A stretch of 64,000 bases of DNA from Chlorokybus atmophyticus (lineage: Eukaryota > Plantae > Mesostigma and Chlorokybus algae): contig RHPI01003642.1 in the NCBI GenBank assembly GCA_009103225.1, positions 393,116-457,115 on the forward strand. Reading direction: 5' to 3'. Below the pieces are notes generated by a model. That model was not told where the DNA came from. It searched no databases and saw nothing but the letters and a program-made list of their open reading frames with translations. The first letter of the stretch is position 1; each line of letters begins with the position of its first letter. Both the position numbers and the translations under genes were made by a program. Of the stretch, positions 23,155 to 34,593 are shown piece after piece.

Positions 23155-26100
23155 TCAGATGGAGACTAAACTATCGCGGGATATCGTTTGCAACTCAAAT
23201 GCAGCATTTTCGACCTGCGCAACATACCCAACATTGTGAGAGATTGCTCTTGCCTAACAGGTCAAGAAGCATAAAACCGCAATAACACCTGAACGGTCAA
23301 CTCAGAAGCGCCTGTTAACTTTATTAGGCTCGTGGCCTCGCGCAACACTCTTTGCCCATCCACGCCGGCCGCTATCTGCAGACGCACGGAGCCAACGAGG
23401 TCTGCGGGCGTGTGGCTCCAAAAATGAGACGCCTTGCAGCTACGGACACCGTGAATGTTTACCGCCTGTGGTTGAGGGTCAGCCAATTGAGTGTTACTTG
23501 GTATCGGTGCAAATGGCTCAACAAGTGCCTACAAGATTCTGATGCAAAGTGTTGTGCTCATGCAACCTGACTCACTTTAGCCAAAGCTTCTTGAATGCGC
23601 GAGCGTGCATGTGAAGGAGTGCTTTGCGCCAGGACCTGTCTCAGCGGCAAAAAGGTGTGAATCAAGTGACATGAAGCCGAGAAGCAGTACCAATAATACC
23701 TCTGCGCTGCTAATGGCCAGCGGTATAGCGCTGTATACAATGAGCACAGAGATAAGAAGCGAACACACCTGCCAACATAATTTGTCAGCGACTGTCATCA
23801 GCTCATTGATGCGCGTTGGTCAAGCAAGCATGTCCGACATACCGGGTCCACGTAGATCCAGTGCTTGTATTGTATCAGCAGCGCAGATATGATTACGCCA
23901 ACACTGCCGAGTGTATCAGCAAGCACGTGCAGAAAGATGCCTGAAAGTTGGCGCGATCAGCACAGAGTGTCCCCAGATGCATGCAAGCACAATCACATAC
24001 AAAGTCCTTACCGCGCATGTTGTGGTCGTGGTGATGATGCATGTGCGCCCGTTGTACCGCCTCCGCAGTGGAGACAGGCACAAACGGCACATCTCCTTCT
24101 CCATCACCATCAGACTCATGCTTTGCATGCGCAGCATCTGCAACGCTAGCTTGCGAATGCTCATCTTGGCTATGGTGATGGTGATGACTAGGTGCATCGC
24201 CATGATGATGGTGATCGTGGTGATCATGTCCGTCATGATGATGAGAACCTTGTTCGCCGTGTCCACCATCATGACTGTGCTCATGATGGTGGGCATGTCC
24301 ATCAGGCTTGTTGTGGTTTACAGCATGCTCGGCGTGACTGCCTTCATGGCTGTGAGAGTGGCCATGCGCATGGTTGTGAGAGTAGCCGTGTTCATGGCCA
24401 TGGCTGCAATGTCCACCGTGGGCTGCCGCATGAGCGTCATGGAAGAAGAATAGCCCCACCAGATTCACCAACAGGCCCAGTACCGACACCAGCAGCAGGT
24501 GCTCAGCGAAGATGTCCACTGGATCCAGGAAGCGCTCAACGGACTCCAGGATGACCAGCACCCCGACAAATACGAGCAACACGGCGTTCATGTAACCGGA
24601 TAGTACTTCGTAGCGCCCATAGCTGCAAACAACAGCGTAAAAATGCAAGCCTAACATGATCGAGTGACTGGCTTGCTGGCTTCGTGGCAGACATACGCAC
24701 CCGTAAGTGTACGTCTGGTTGGAACGGAATCGGGCCATATAAGAAGCGTACAGCCCAATTGCCAAGGCCGCGCAATCAAACAGCATGTGGCAGGCATCCG
24801 ATATGAGGCTCAAACTGCCAGCAACAAAACCAACAATGCACACCACCTGGTGAGCTACAGGCCGCCTGAGATGTACTGCAACTCACCACTTAGAGAAAAA
24901 ACTGACCTGTTAGAGTAAAAGCCATAGATGGCCTCCACGAACATGAAAGCAGTGTTGATAACAAGAAATACTGTCAAGCAGAGGTTTGTTAGTGTTTGAC
25001 AAACGTGCCGAGCGGAGCAACTGCAGATAGTTGCCTGTGATGGAATATACTCCCAGCGCAAAATGGCACCGTACTTGCAATGCTTCTAGTCTTCTTCTCC
25101 GACAGCACGTGCTGCATGGGTGCGTGCAAGAAGACTGGAAGGTACGCCATGAACCCGCGCCGCACTCCCTTCTCGGTATCCCCCAGCATAACCGATCTGC
25201 TGTCCGCAGTCATGGACCAGTGAATGCCTGCAGTCCTCACAGCGTGTCAACACAAGGCACATTTCACAACCTTTGATTCTCCAGGCAAGAGATCTCGAGT
25301 GCTGGTGAGGCCGTGATCATCAAGGAGACTTGCATCACAGACAAGGCCAACTGGCAGACAAATCGACATGATCTGACATGACAAACAGGTTAGATACCGT
25401 ACCTAGGCCAAACATTGAACAGGAGACCAGCAGTGGAGGGATGCCTGTACTCGAGCCATACGAGGCCTCCATGATGGCCAATACAATCGCAGTTGACGCC
25501 ACATGAAAAGTGGAGGCTGTGCCTATCTGCAGCTTGTCTTCTCCATACACCGTGATGTAATGGTGCAGCACAACTCCAAATACGACAAAAATGATATAGC
25601 ACCCCATTGTGGACCCATCGTAGTGAACATCCTTTGCTTCATGGTGCCCTGCATCCTGGATGAACAAGCGTCAGACTGTAATCAATATACTGGAAACAGA
25701 TACGGCACACTGACAAACAGAGATTAACTGCAGCAATACATCTGCTATGAACTTTTCACCTTCAGGTTGAAGAACAGTGCCAGCGGAGCAAGACACATGG
25801 CCGCAATTGCCATGGAGAGCGGGTACATTTGTTTTCTCATCTGCGCAAGTTTGCATCAATGTCTACCTTGTAGGATAAGGAGAGGTGGGAAAGGGCTGCA
25901 AGCCATCATAGCTACCTTTGGTATAGAGTGCATGGGCCGAGCGGCCATCGACAGCAGAAGGACACTCGACATTGGTGCAACTGCCGACCAGAAGCCAATA
26001 GATGCTTGAACATTGGAGGTTGTGTCGCTGTGTCTGCGCAGGAGTCAGGGCCTAATGCATCAATATAATAAACCGAATTTAACTTGAATGTGCAGGAAGT

Positions 26101-27160
26101 TTTGTAGGGTGATTCTGCGCAACGTGTGCACACTCGAACTGCACCTGAGAAGTCTGAACAGGCGCTCCACGATGCCTGCATGCATTATGATGGCGCAAGC
26201 CACGATCATTGCCAACGCTCCTTGTGCCTGCAACACAACAAGAGGCTCGCTTGTTATAATCAACTGCATGATGTAAGATGACGTTGGCCACGAGTAATCA
26301 AGTCCAACGTGGCTCCATGGACGTACTCGTTGCAATCGCGAATTGAACTTGCCGATGAACGACCCAGCCATGGCAGCCAAAAGGATGCCAGTGTATTCCG
26401 CCATTGTTGTCCTGTGTGAAGCACCAATCACCACCAGACACTCGCTGGCATGCACGAAGCATCACTGAACAAAACCAAAATGCTGAACGGCCTTCAGGAG
26501 ATGTGAATGCAAGTTAACTTCATCGAATGCAAAGAGGCGAGCCCTCCACACGTCGTCAGCTATCCGTTCTCGATGTCATCAGTAGGCCCTCAAGCACATT
26601 AAAATCAAGCTGTAGTAACAAGCCACTCACCATACCGGGCCTGCGGATCGGAGACCCCAAACCCAGAGCACTATGGACACAGCTATCAGAACGCCACTCA
26701 TTACAATTGGCAGTGCCTGCAGTTAATCGACCAAGACTCAGCACCAGCGCAATGACAGCAAAGAAAGCAGATTCATAAAATCCAAAAGTCAGCTCTAGAC
26801 ACAAAGACACGCACTAGAGAACGAGGAGCATCTGCTGCAACAGTACTCATTGTATGATGTAAGCGTGTTGATGAGTTCTATCCTGACCTGTGACACCAGC
26901 AGCGACCGGGCTTTCCATGGGCGTTGCAGGAGCAGCAAGATTGCTGCGGAGAGCGCTGCTGCCCAGAAAGCGAATTGCACTGAAGATGTGCCGGAGGCGC
27001 GCAGGTACTGGTGGACAATGTACACAGATAGCAGACGAAGAAACCTGCCCCAATGAGTGTGTACAGATACATACGTTGCTGTAAGCATGCATTTTTTCTC
27101 AATTGAGATTGAGGGGATGTGCTTCTGGTGGTACGCACCGGCCTGTTGTGTAGAAGACAT
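23155..27160 (-). CDS. MTP12: Zn-CDF transporter of MTP12/ZnT5 type (long N-terminal membrane extension, very long His-rich loop)
   Basis: FLVINTAFMFVEAIYGFYSN, SLSLISDACHMLFDCAALAIGLYASY, YTYG|YGRYEVLSGYMNAVLLVFVG..ESVERF and GIFLHVLADTLGSVGVIISALLI (HxxxD/HxxxD Zn site). Extra N-terminal hydrophobic exons from MSSTQQAG (27160); last exon VENAAFELQTISRDSLVSI*TGA. Confidence 0.85.
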
Positions 27161-28624
27161 ACTGAGGGGTCTGACTGCATCAACATACAGGCTGTCAGTG
27201 CTGCAGTAAAACAATGGTCTCTTGTTTTAAAGGTGTACTGTTTTGCAAACGCCGCGACTATAGCAGAATTGATTGTATGTGTGTTTGAACTTGACAATGC
27301 ACCAAGTGCACAGGCACGCATGCCCGCATGCACAAGTCGCAAGCATGATCTCGCAATGCCCAGACTTACAGCGGCATGTCCAAAGTGCAACCATGCACAG
27401 CAAGCATAGCATGATTGCAAATGCAATGTAGTAGGTTGTTGACTAACGGTGTGCCAACCAGCTGGCATGGACCACTTCTACGCACGCATTGAATTCGTCA
27501 TGCAGAGTTCAAGCATAGTTGATAGAACTGCCAACGGTGCTGCATTTGCACCACGTCGCCACAAGACATTACACACGTACGCAATTGTGCTTCAAACTGC
27601 ATGCACAAGACTGCGTAGCGCATGCAAGGATGGCACAGAGCTAACCACCTTATGGGAGACGGCCCAAGCTTGTATTTGGAAAGGCGAGCAGCACCAACAC
27701 CCCAGCGGCCAGGGCCCGGAGGGCTGCTCTCTTCTGCCAAAAGCATCACGTCACCATCACAGCGCACCAGCTGGACGTGCAGCTACCCCCTCGACCGCTG
27801 CCGCCCCTCCGCCGCCTGTAGAGGCGCCACGTGGCAGCAAATTAGGGTTCACGTCAAATCGCAACAGGTTCCGTCAACCTCAATTTTTTCAAACAGGTTT
27901 CGCATGCCTGACATTGAAGCATGGTTTGTTTGACCTGAGTTATCGACCTGTGGCACACAGGCCATGGCTCAATTTAACTCAGCACGGTCAACAGTTGACC
28001 GTGCCTGCCTCTCAAATTGGCAATGAATCATTGCTGCTGCAAATCATCGACCAGAGGCAAAGCAGCAGAGCTCCAAAGCGGGAAACAAAAATCTCATCTC
28101 TGCTGAAATGCAGAACGCGTTTTCCTCTGCTTTGCCGCCGGCGGGATTGTGCGGGAAAGTCCTAGATCAACGACACTTTCAACTTTCACAGCCGTTTTTG
28201 CCCGTTTTCGCATCAGAGAAGAGACGAGAACCGTGAAGTCGCAATTCAATGAGCGCTTCGCCCCCTTTTCTAGTTTTAAGCGCGCAAATTGCATCCATGC
28301 CTTTCTATAAATCGCGATTGGCGCTCTGACCACGAAAACCCCTCAACGCCGGTTACAACCCGTAACGGCCATCACTTCAGTGCAATCGCGATCAAGGATG
28401 ACGTAATCGCGACGCTGGCCTTTGCTCAGGATACGGCCGCGTCGCGTAACCCTCTGTGGCACCGCGTCACCTGAGTCACGATAAACACTGCCCGTCCCCG
28501 CCCTCAACTGTCACGTGCCGGGCAGAGGATTACGTGTCAACGCTTCAGCGCGCGGCGGGGCTTGTGTTATGCGCAATACATATTCTGTCGCTGCCGCCAT
28601 GTCTTTTGTGTGTAAAGCATAGCA

Positions 28625-28656
<32 letters not shown>
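28625..28656. repeat. (GGC)n trinucleotide repeat in the leader of the TPR-like gene
   Basis: About 10 consecutive GGC units. Confidence 0.9.
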
Positions 28657-28657
<1 letters not shown>

Positions 28658-29052
28658 ATTGCTGTTCGGCTCCGTGAGGACCTGTCGCTGGTGGGATAAA
28701 GCACTGTGTAGCACAGGTGTGTGGTTAAACGCTCTTCGGTGGGGCTCGCTGGTTGCCACAGTGTGTGGTCTCCTTACGCCTCCGCATGCGAGTGGATTGT
28801 TCGCGAGTGCGTATGAATGCTGTGCGCTTTGTTGACTGTCTTCTGAGGTTTTCAGCACGAACTAATTGGTGTATGATGTAAGCACAACGGTCGTTGCAGT
28901 TTTCCATGAGACAGACTGACGGAAGCTGCCCCTAAAACCCTGTGCTTGTTCCTGTGCAGAGACATCCTCACTGAGAAGGCTGGTGCAAGGAGACGCAAGT
29001 TGGCTTCTCAGCAACCACTACACGTATACAGATAGCAATCACGCAGGCAAAC

Positions 29053-30466
29053 ATGATACCAAAGCGGCCCCGCAGCAGCAGCAGCAGTGCAAGGATGTCG
29101 TCCGAGTCGTCGGAAGACAGCCGCTTCGCCGTCCTGCTGGCGGCGACGGAGAAGGAGCACGCCGTCAACGCCGGCGCCAACGGCGAGAAGGGCACAACCA
29201 CAGCAACCGCTGCGGCAATGTCGGGTGCGCCCAAGCGACGGCGGAGATCATCTCCCTCTGCGCACATGTTACAGCATGAAGCTGCAGATATTGCAGGCAC
29301 GGAAGCCAACTTTGCTGTTGAGTCACCCGGTCACAGCCACAACTCAGGTATTCATGCGTTCTGAGTCTCTAATATGACTTTGATTTCAATTGCAAAATCT
29401 ATAAAGAACTTGAGACAATTTCTTTATCTTGGCAATTCTCCGGCAGGTCCAGACACACGCATACATGCACACACGCGCATACATGAGCACACACACATGC
29501 ACAGAACTATCTGGTATCTGCTGGCCTAATGTGTTGTGATGTGATGTTTTCTGCAGATGCTTTAACTGAAGACACTGCTACTGCAACTCCGACCACAACA
29601 GAGCATTCATCGCATTCATGCGGCACAGTGAGCTGTTCTCCCGGCCGGTCTCCCAACATGGAGACAGTGTCGCCTTTTACGCCGTACAAGCCCATGAGGT
29701 GAGACAACTACAAGAGACATGTGTGAATCTGAGAGCATTATGATTGCCTGTATTGAAAGGTTGTTCATGTTGGTTCAGTCCTTCCAAGTTGGTTGCGGGA
29801 GCTATCGATGAGGAGCCAATGTATCTGCGCGCTCTTCACGCCCTCGAGCGTATCAGAGGCACACAACATCCCGAGGTGAGGGCAACAACAGCAGCAGCAG
29901 CAACAGCAACCTCTTCTTGTATTGTGATGATAATTCGATTGTCTCATGCAGGTTGGGAAGGCGCTGCTGCACATGGCGCGTTTCTACTTTCAGCGCGGGC
30001 GGATTGTTGAAGCCGAGTCGTGCATGCTGGGCTCGTGGGATATCTTCAAGGACTTTGTGGCGCACTACCCGCAGCACGAGCGCCCCGTCGACTGCCTCGA
30101 GGGCTACCTGGAACTCATGAAGAACATGCAGTGCACCGCACAGGTGAGCCGCATCACACATGTGCTCTGGTTCTGACACATGACCGTTCCTTACGCATCC
30201 ATGTGCGTGTGTACCTGCACGCGCGTGCCCGCACGTGTACGTGCCTTACACGCACACGCGCATGTGCGTTTTCAAGCTCTCTCATGCATGTGTGTGCGCG
30301 TATGAAATGTGCGCATGAGTGTATGCATTTGTTTGTTATGTTGCTTACGAACAATTGCTGTTGCTGTTTACAGTTATCCAAGGTGGAGGAAGAAGTTATG
30401 CTGCTCACCCCAAAGCCATCGCCAATGGAGCGCTCGGCATACCCCTCGGTGGAGGCCAATGCGTAG
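29053..30466 (+). CDS. Unknown protein with low-complexity N-terminus and a kinesin-light-chain-like TPR unit
   Basis: Five phase-compatible GT-AG exons: MIPKRPRSSSSS..HSHNS|DALTEDTA..YKPM|SPSKLVAGAIDEEPMYLRALHALERIRGTQHPE|VGKALLHMARFYFQRGRIVEAESCMLGSWDIFK..TAQ|LSKVEEEV..EANA*TAG. YLRAL...G..HPEV..AL..MA..Y..GR..EAE follows the TPR_10/12-type pattern. Confidence 0.6.
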
Positions 30467-30779
30467 ACAACTGATGAATGCAGCCACAACAGCTTTTCAA
30501 TTAGCGATGCATACAGTCCATATCACCGTGTAGATACCACTGAATAAGGACTGGCCTTCCCTAACGCCCTTTCCTCTAAGACTGAACAACGTTGCTTAGT
30601 TACAGTGTGGATTTGTTAGAGATAGTCATCAACGCTCAGCGACTGGACTACCAGTGCTACGCTAGGTCTATCAACAAGTTCTTTACAGGTCTTTTGACAA
30701 CATACATGCGCGAATGGTGAGAAGATTCGAATCTCGCTGTGTATTGTTCGCTACAGGCTCACTAACATTCAACTATCAC

Positions 30780-31701
30780 TCAATTGTGAGATTCGCTTGA
30801 CGGCTGCGGTGGTGCATTTGACTCATCAGATGGACCCTCCCCCCACAAATATCTGCCTGATATAGGGTTGAGAACAGGTATGCCATCCCAGATCTGCAAC
30901 AAACATTGGTTCAGCGACAGCTTTATCTGAAAGCCTTTGAGTGAGTAATTACAGTCTCTCATCTGCTTTACATGTTGCTTACTACTTGACCCACGCTGCT
31001 TGCATGCTATCTGCCCGTTTGTTTATTGCATGATTGCATGCAATAACCTGAGAGTTTGCTTAACGCACGTGTGTGACTTGCGTTGCTTACCCAAAGCTTA
31101 CCGGATATGCTATAGCTTTTCCGCTGATCAGCTCCTGTGTGCTGGCATCGTACCTGCCAAAAGGAAGGCATCTTATATGCACTTACATGATTTACATGAT
31201 TTGTCTTTGATATTGTGAGTTTAATGTGCACCCCTTCTATGTTCTGTGGAACAACAGCACACCGCGCTGTGCAGCAGAGTCAAGTGTGCACACCTTTGCA
31301 TGCTTATGGTTTCCAGTACCCTATGCTACAAGTACTGTGTGCATAGCACTGTGCACGAGTCTGTGCTGTTTTTGCATCCAATGGTGTTGATGCTGCAGGG
31401 ATTTAGGTCCAGAGCAGCTTGTTGATGACTGAGCGACAGGCTGGCTTGACCCGAGCCATGACCATGTGCAAGCGCTCTATCTGTCTGACCTTAGAGGCTC
31501 TTTGCTGAGCGGACACACCAGGTACTCCAACATGCTCTCGTCAAACACCGCCGGCTGACTATTACTGGAGGCGTTGGCAGATGACGGTGACGAGGAGGAG
31601 GAGGAGGAGGGAGATGATGTAGAGGTGCTACGTCTGCATCTGTTGCTATGGCGCAGCTGGACTGAAGATGATGCTGCCAAGCTTGACGCTCGCCGCAGCA
31701 T
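30780..31701 (-). CDS. PYURF: PREY/PYURF-like Trm112-family protein, mitochondrial
   Basis: MLRRASSLAASSSVQLRHS (presequence-like, first ATG after an in-frame stop)..FDESMLEYLVCPLSKEPLR|YDASTQELISGKAIAYP|IWDGIPVLNPISGRYL, matching FD..LLE.LVCPLSK.PLRY....ELI....AYPI.DGIP. Confidence 0.8.
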
Positions 31702-31977
31702 GGCTGCAAGCTGCTGACTTCACACAAGTAGTCGCTGTGAACACTCGACGACACATTTGCACTCGTGCTTGTGCTGAATTGGTGCGGCGGCGGCGGCGGC
31801 GGTGACATTGTGGGTGTTGCTGCTTGGGGGTGCTGGCGGCGGCAGCGCCTGGTGGGTGTTGAATCCATCTGCAAAGCCTTTCAGAAACTGCATGATGGTC
31901 GGCTCCTGAGCTCGGCATCGGCATGGCAGTCTAGCGAACGAGACGTGTGCGCGCAGCCTGGGGTTTTGGGGTACAAC

Positions 31978-32959
31978 ATGGGGAAGCAGAAGAAGCCCAC
32001 GGACCAGGTATGACTTGTGTTAATAGCGTGTGTTCTCGAAGTCCTGTTTTTCCTGAACGATTGCGCATGCTTTCAACGAGGCCCAAGTCGTCAGGTGCTC
32101 AGCACGCCGCTGAGCCTCAGCCGCCCTTAAGCATGCAGATGGTCGTGCCTCCGTGTTGATGGAATTGCGTAAATGCCACTCCTGTTTTCACCTCCATTGC
32201 TGTCGTTTGTCGTGCTTGTTGTTCACTTGATAAGCCAGGTTTTGTGCCTTGCGGGTGTTTTCGCTTCTCTATCCCTGTTGCCATGTTGGTGTCGGTCATA
32301 AAGTTGTAGCATAGTTGACAAACAGTGAATGCGGTGCACATTCCATGCTGAAGGCAACAATCTACATTACGCTTTAGCTTTAGTTTTGTCTAGTTCAGAG
32401 GCGCCTGTGCCTTATTTTGGGAATGTCACTCTTTTCATATGCGTGTCAGGTTGATAACAAGAAGCTGGGCTGCTGCGGTATCTGATGTATTCTCATTGAC
32501 CAAGAACATGTTCGTATGCAAAACGTACCCCATCTGTTTGCATTGTGTCCATCCTGGTCCAGCAGCAGATTAGGGCTAACGGTTGGGCCTGCGCAGATGA
32601 AAGTGCAGATGCGCGTGCCCCCAGCGAGGAAGACCCTCTCGTGCGTGCATGAGATGCTGGAGGTGATCACCTGCCTGGCCAAGCACAGCGCCGACGACGG
32701 CCCCTGCCAGATGGAGATTTCTGCGCTGCGAGCCTGCAGCCGAGCCGATGTAAGTATCGCATTGCGTATGTTGGGCAATCAATACACTGTATATATAGCG
32801 GTTTTGGACAGAGTTGAGGGTGAGAAGAGTTGACTGAGTTGCACTGACTTGCTGTTGGGACTTACACACGCATATCCTGTACAGCAAGCGAAGCCGAAGC
32901 AGGCCAACACGATGAACTACCACATGCAGCGGCTTCTGCGCATGTCCATGAAGCGATAA
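31978..32959 (+). CDS. Small twin-CX9C (CHCH) protein, mitoribosomal mS37/CHCHD1-like
   Basis: MGKQKKPTDQ|MKVQMRVPPARKTLSCVHEMLEVITCLAKHSADDGPCQMEISALRAC SRAD|QAKPKQANTMNYHMQRLLRMSMKR*TAA: two CX9C motifs plus an (T/N)(I/M)NYHxQRL tail as in mS37. Branch point ctaac precedes the exon-2 acceptor. Confidence 0.65.
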
Positions 32960-33489
32960 CATTCGGACAGGTTGGGGTTCTTAACGCCGTTTGCAGCGTG
33001 CCAGGATTAGCAGCACGGTTGGGATTGGGCTGCTTGGCAACTACACGACATGTGGCGGGATGAAGGGTTTGTCCCATATTCATGTATGTGTGGGCGCAGT
33101 AGGCTAGGGATAGCGAAGGTGCTTTGCAGACAGTGAACTTTGGCTGGCATCATCACCACCTATGCTGCTGGTGTGACACCGGCGGTAATCAATGCTTCAT
33201 GGCCACCGCAATACCGGAAATATGGTACTATGCATTGGGGTTGAAGTTGCAGGCATGGGCTGTGCGGCTGTGCGCAAGTCATACGCAAGTAGCCATGTGT
33301 GAGGCATGCAGTGTGTCTAGTGCTGTGACCAAAGGCATGTGCAGGATGCACTGTTCGGAAAACTACGAGGTATTGCAGGACACGTAACTCGTATTTCGTA
33401 TTCGTCTTTGTAGTTTGTATTCTGTATTGATTGTTCAGCAAAACAGACATGCATGTGAGCCAATGCATGTAGGTCATTGACACGATGGT

Positions 33490-33725
33490 GGGTTTGTACA
33501 ACTTTACTGAATGACTACCATTCCCGCGCTATGCTACACCACCGCTCTATTCACAACACGTCTTAAAACCTTTGTAGTCCCGGGCGCAACGTCATCCGGC
33601 TGTGTGCATCCGCAGCATGCAGCCCTACCCTTGGCGTGCGATATGTCTAAAGGAGGTGTCCTCGCGCGTGGGACTGTATCATGTTGGCCGCCTCTTTTGC
33701 TCCGCATCCGCAACACGGAGGGGGG
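33490..33725 (-). pseudogene. Decayed duplicate of the CFAP91 terminal IQ exon and its downstream flank
   Basis: Minus strand gtgttgcggatgcggagcaaaagaggcggccaacatgatacagtcccacgcgcgaggacacctcctttag aligns to the real last exon gcgttgcgggtgcggagcgaacatgcggcaacgatgatacagtctcacgtgcgaggacacctcgttcgg with a 1-nt insertion and a premature TAG. Flanks 33490-33560 and 34530-34600 also align. Confidence 0.75.
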
Positions 33726-34593
33726 GGGGGGGGGCAAGCACCATTCAACGAGGGTATGTGCGTACTGAGACAAAAAGTGTGTGTCAGTGTGTGTGCGATC
33801 CAACTGTGTATCTGGGTGTTTGTGGGTGTCCGAGCGCACGGGCAGTGTGAGAGAGTCAACATGTCAGTGTGACTCACTGCGCGCGTCTCTCTGTGTGCTT
33901 TTGAGTATGTGTGTGCACACACGTGATGGCACTGGCCATCACGCTTGTCCACCCACGCGTCAAGCACAGTGACAAGCCAGAACAATTTGCAACCAATTGA
34001 CTTGACGGAGGCAACTCGACTCCCTTCATTCTCTGCAATGCAATATGCCAGTCAGCGCCGGCTAAAACCAGGTCAATGGTTGGCGGTTGCTCTGCGCCGT
34101 GCATCCCCGCGCACAGACATCACTCACAGCATGCTGTTTGGCATGCTGTGAGTGATGTCATGCATGTCTACAACCACTGGCAGCATATCCTGTACACAGG
34201 TTGACATCCAGCCAGCGTCAATGTACCAAACGACGGATCTCAAGCCTAGGAGTCGTATTGTGACTGATCGGTTTGTGCAAGAGATGCACAAGTTGAGGAA
34301 CTGTGGGTTGCTGCCATTATAGTCATAGGATTGACTGGAGGCAGACCGCAACATGCACGCGCACGACGCATGGATGCATTGCTGGTTGTTGTGTTTGTCA
34401 CAGTTGGTTTCACTACTTGTGAGGGTAACTGCTTGTTGTAACTAGGTACGTTCATCCAAGCGCTCCCGTTATGCATCTACATATTGTTTGCTTGAAATGT
34501 GCACCATTGAATGTATAACTTGTACCGTTGATGAGTTTGTACATCGAATGCAAACGACTTCCATCCCTAAGCTACGCTACAACAGCTTTCTCT

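Noticed and set aside
22577-23239. ORFs spanning the first N gap
   Set aside because: Artefacts of translating through N; no coding signal.
27449-28165. 238-aa plus-strand ORF
   Set aside because: Lies antisense to the MTP12 leader and across the GC-rich promoter, has no recognisable domain, and its length is explained by GC content.
30540-30780. A PIG-Y ORF downstream of the PYURF-like gene (human PYURF/PIGY is bicistronic)
   Set aside because: The only ATG-initiated frame I found there is 16 codons and lacks two transmembrane helices.
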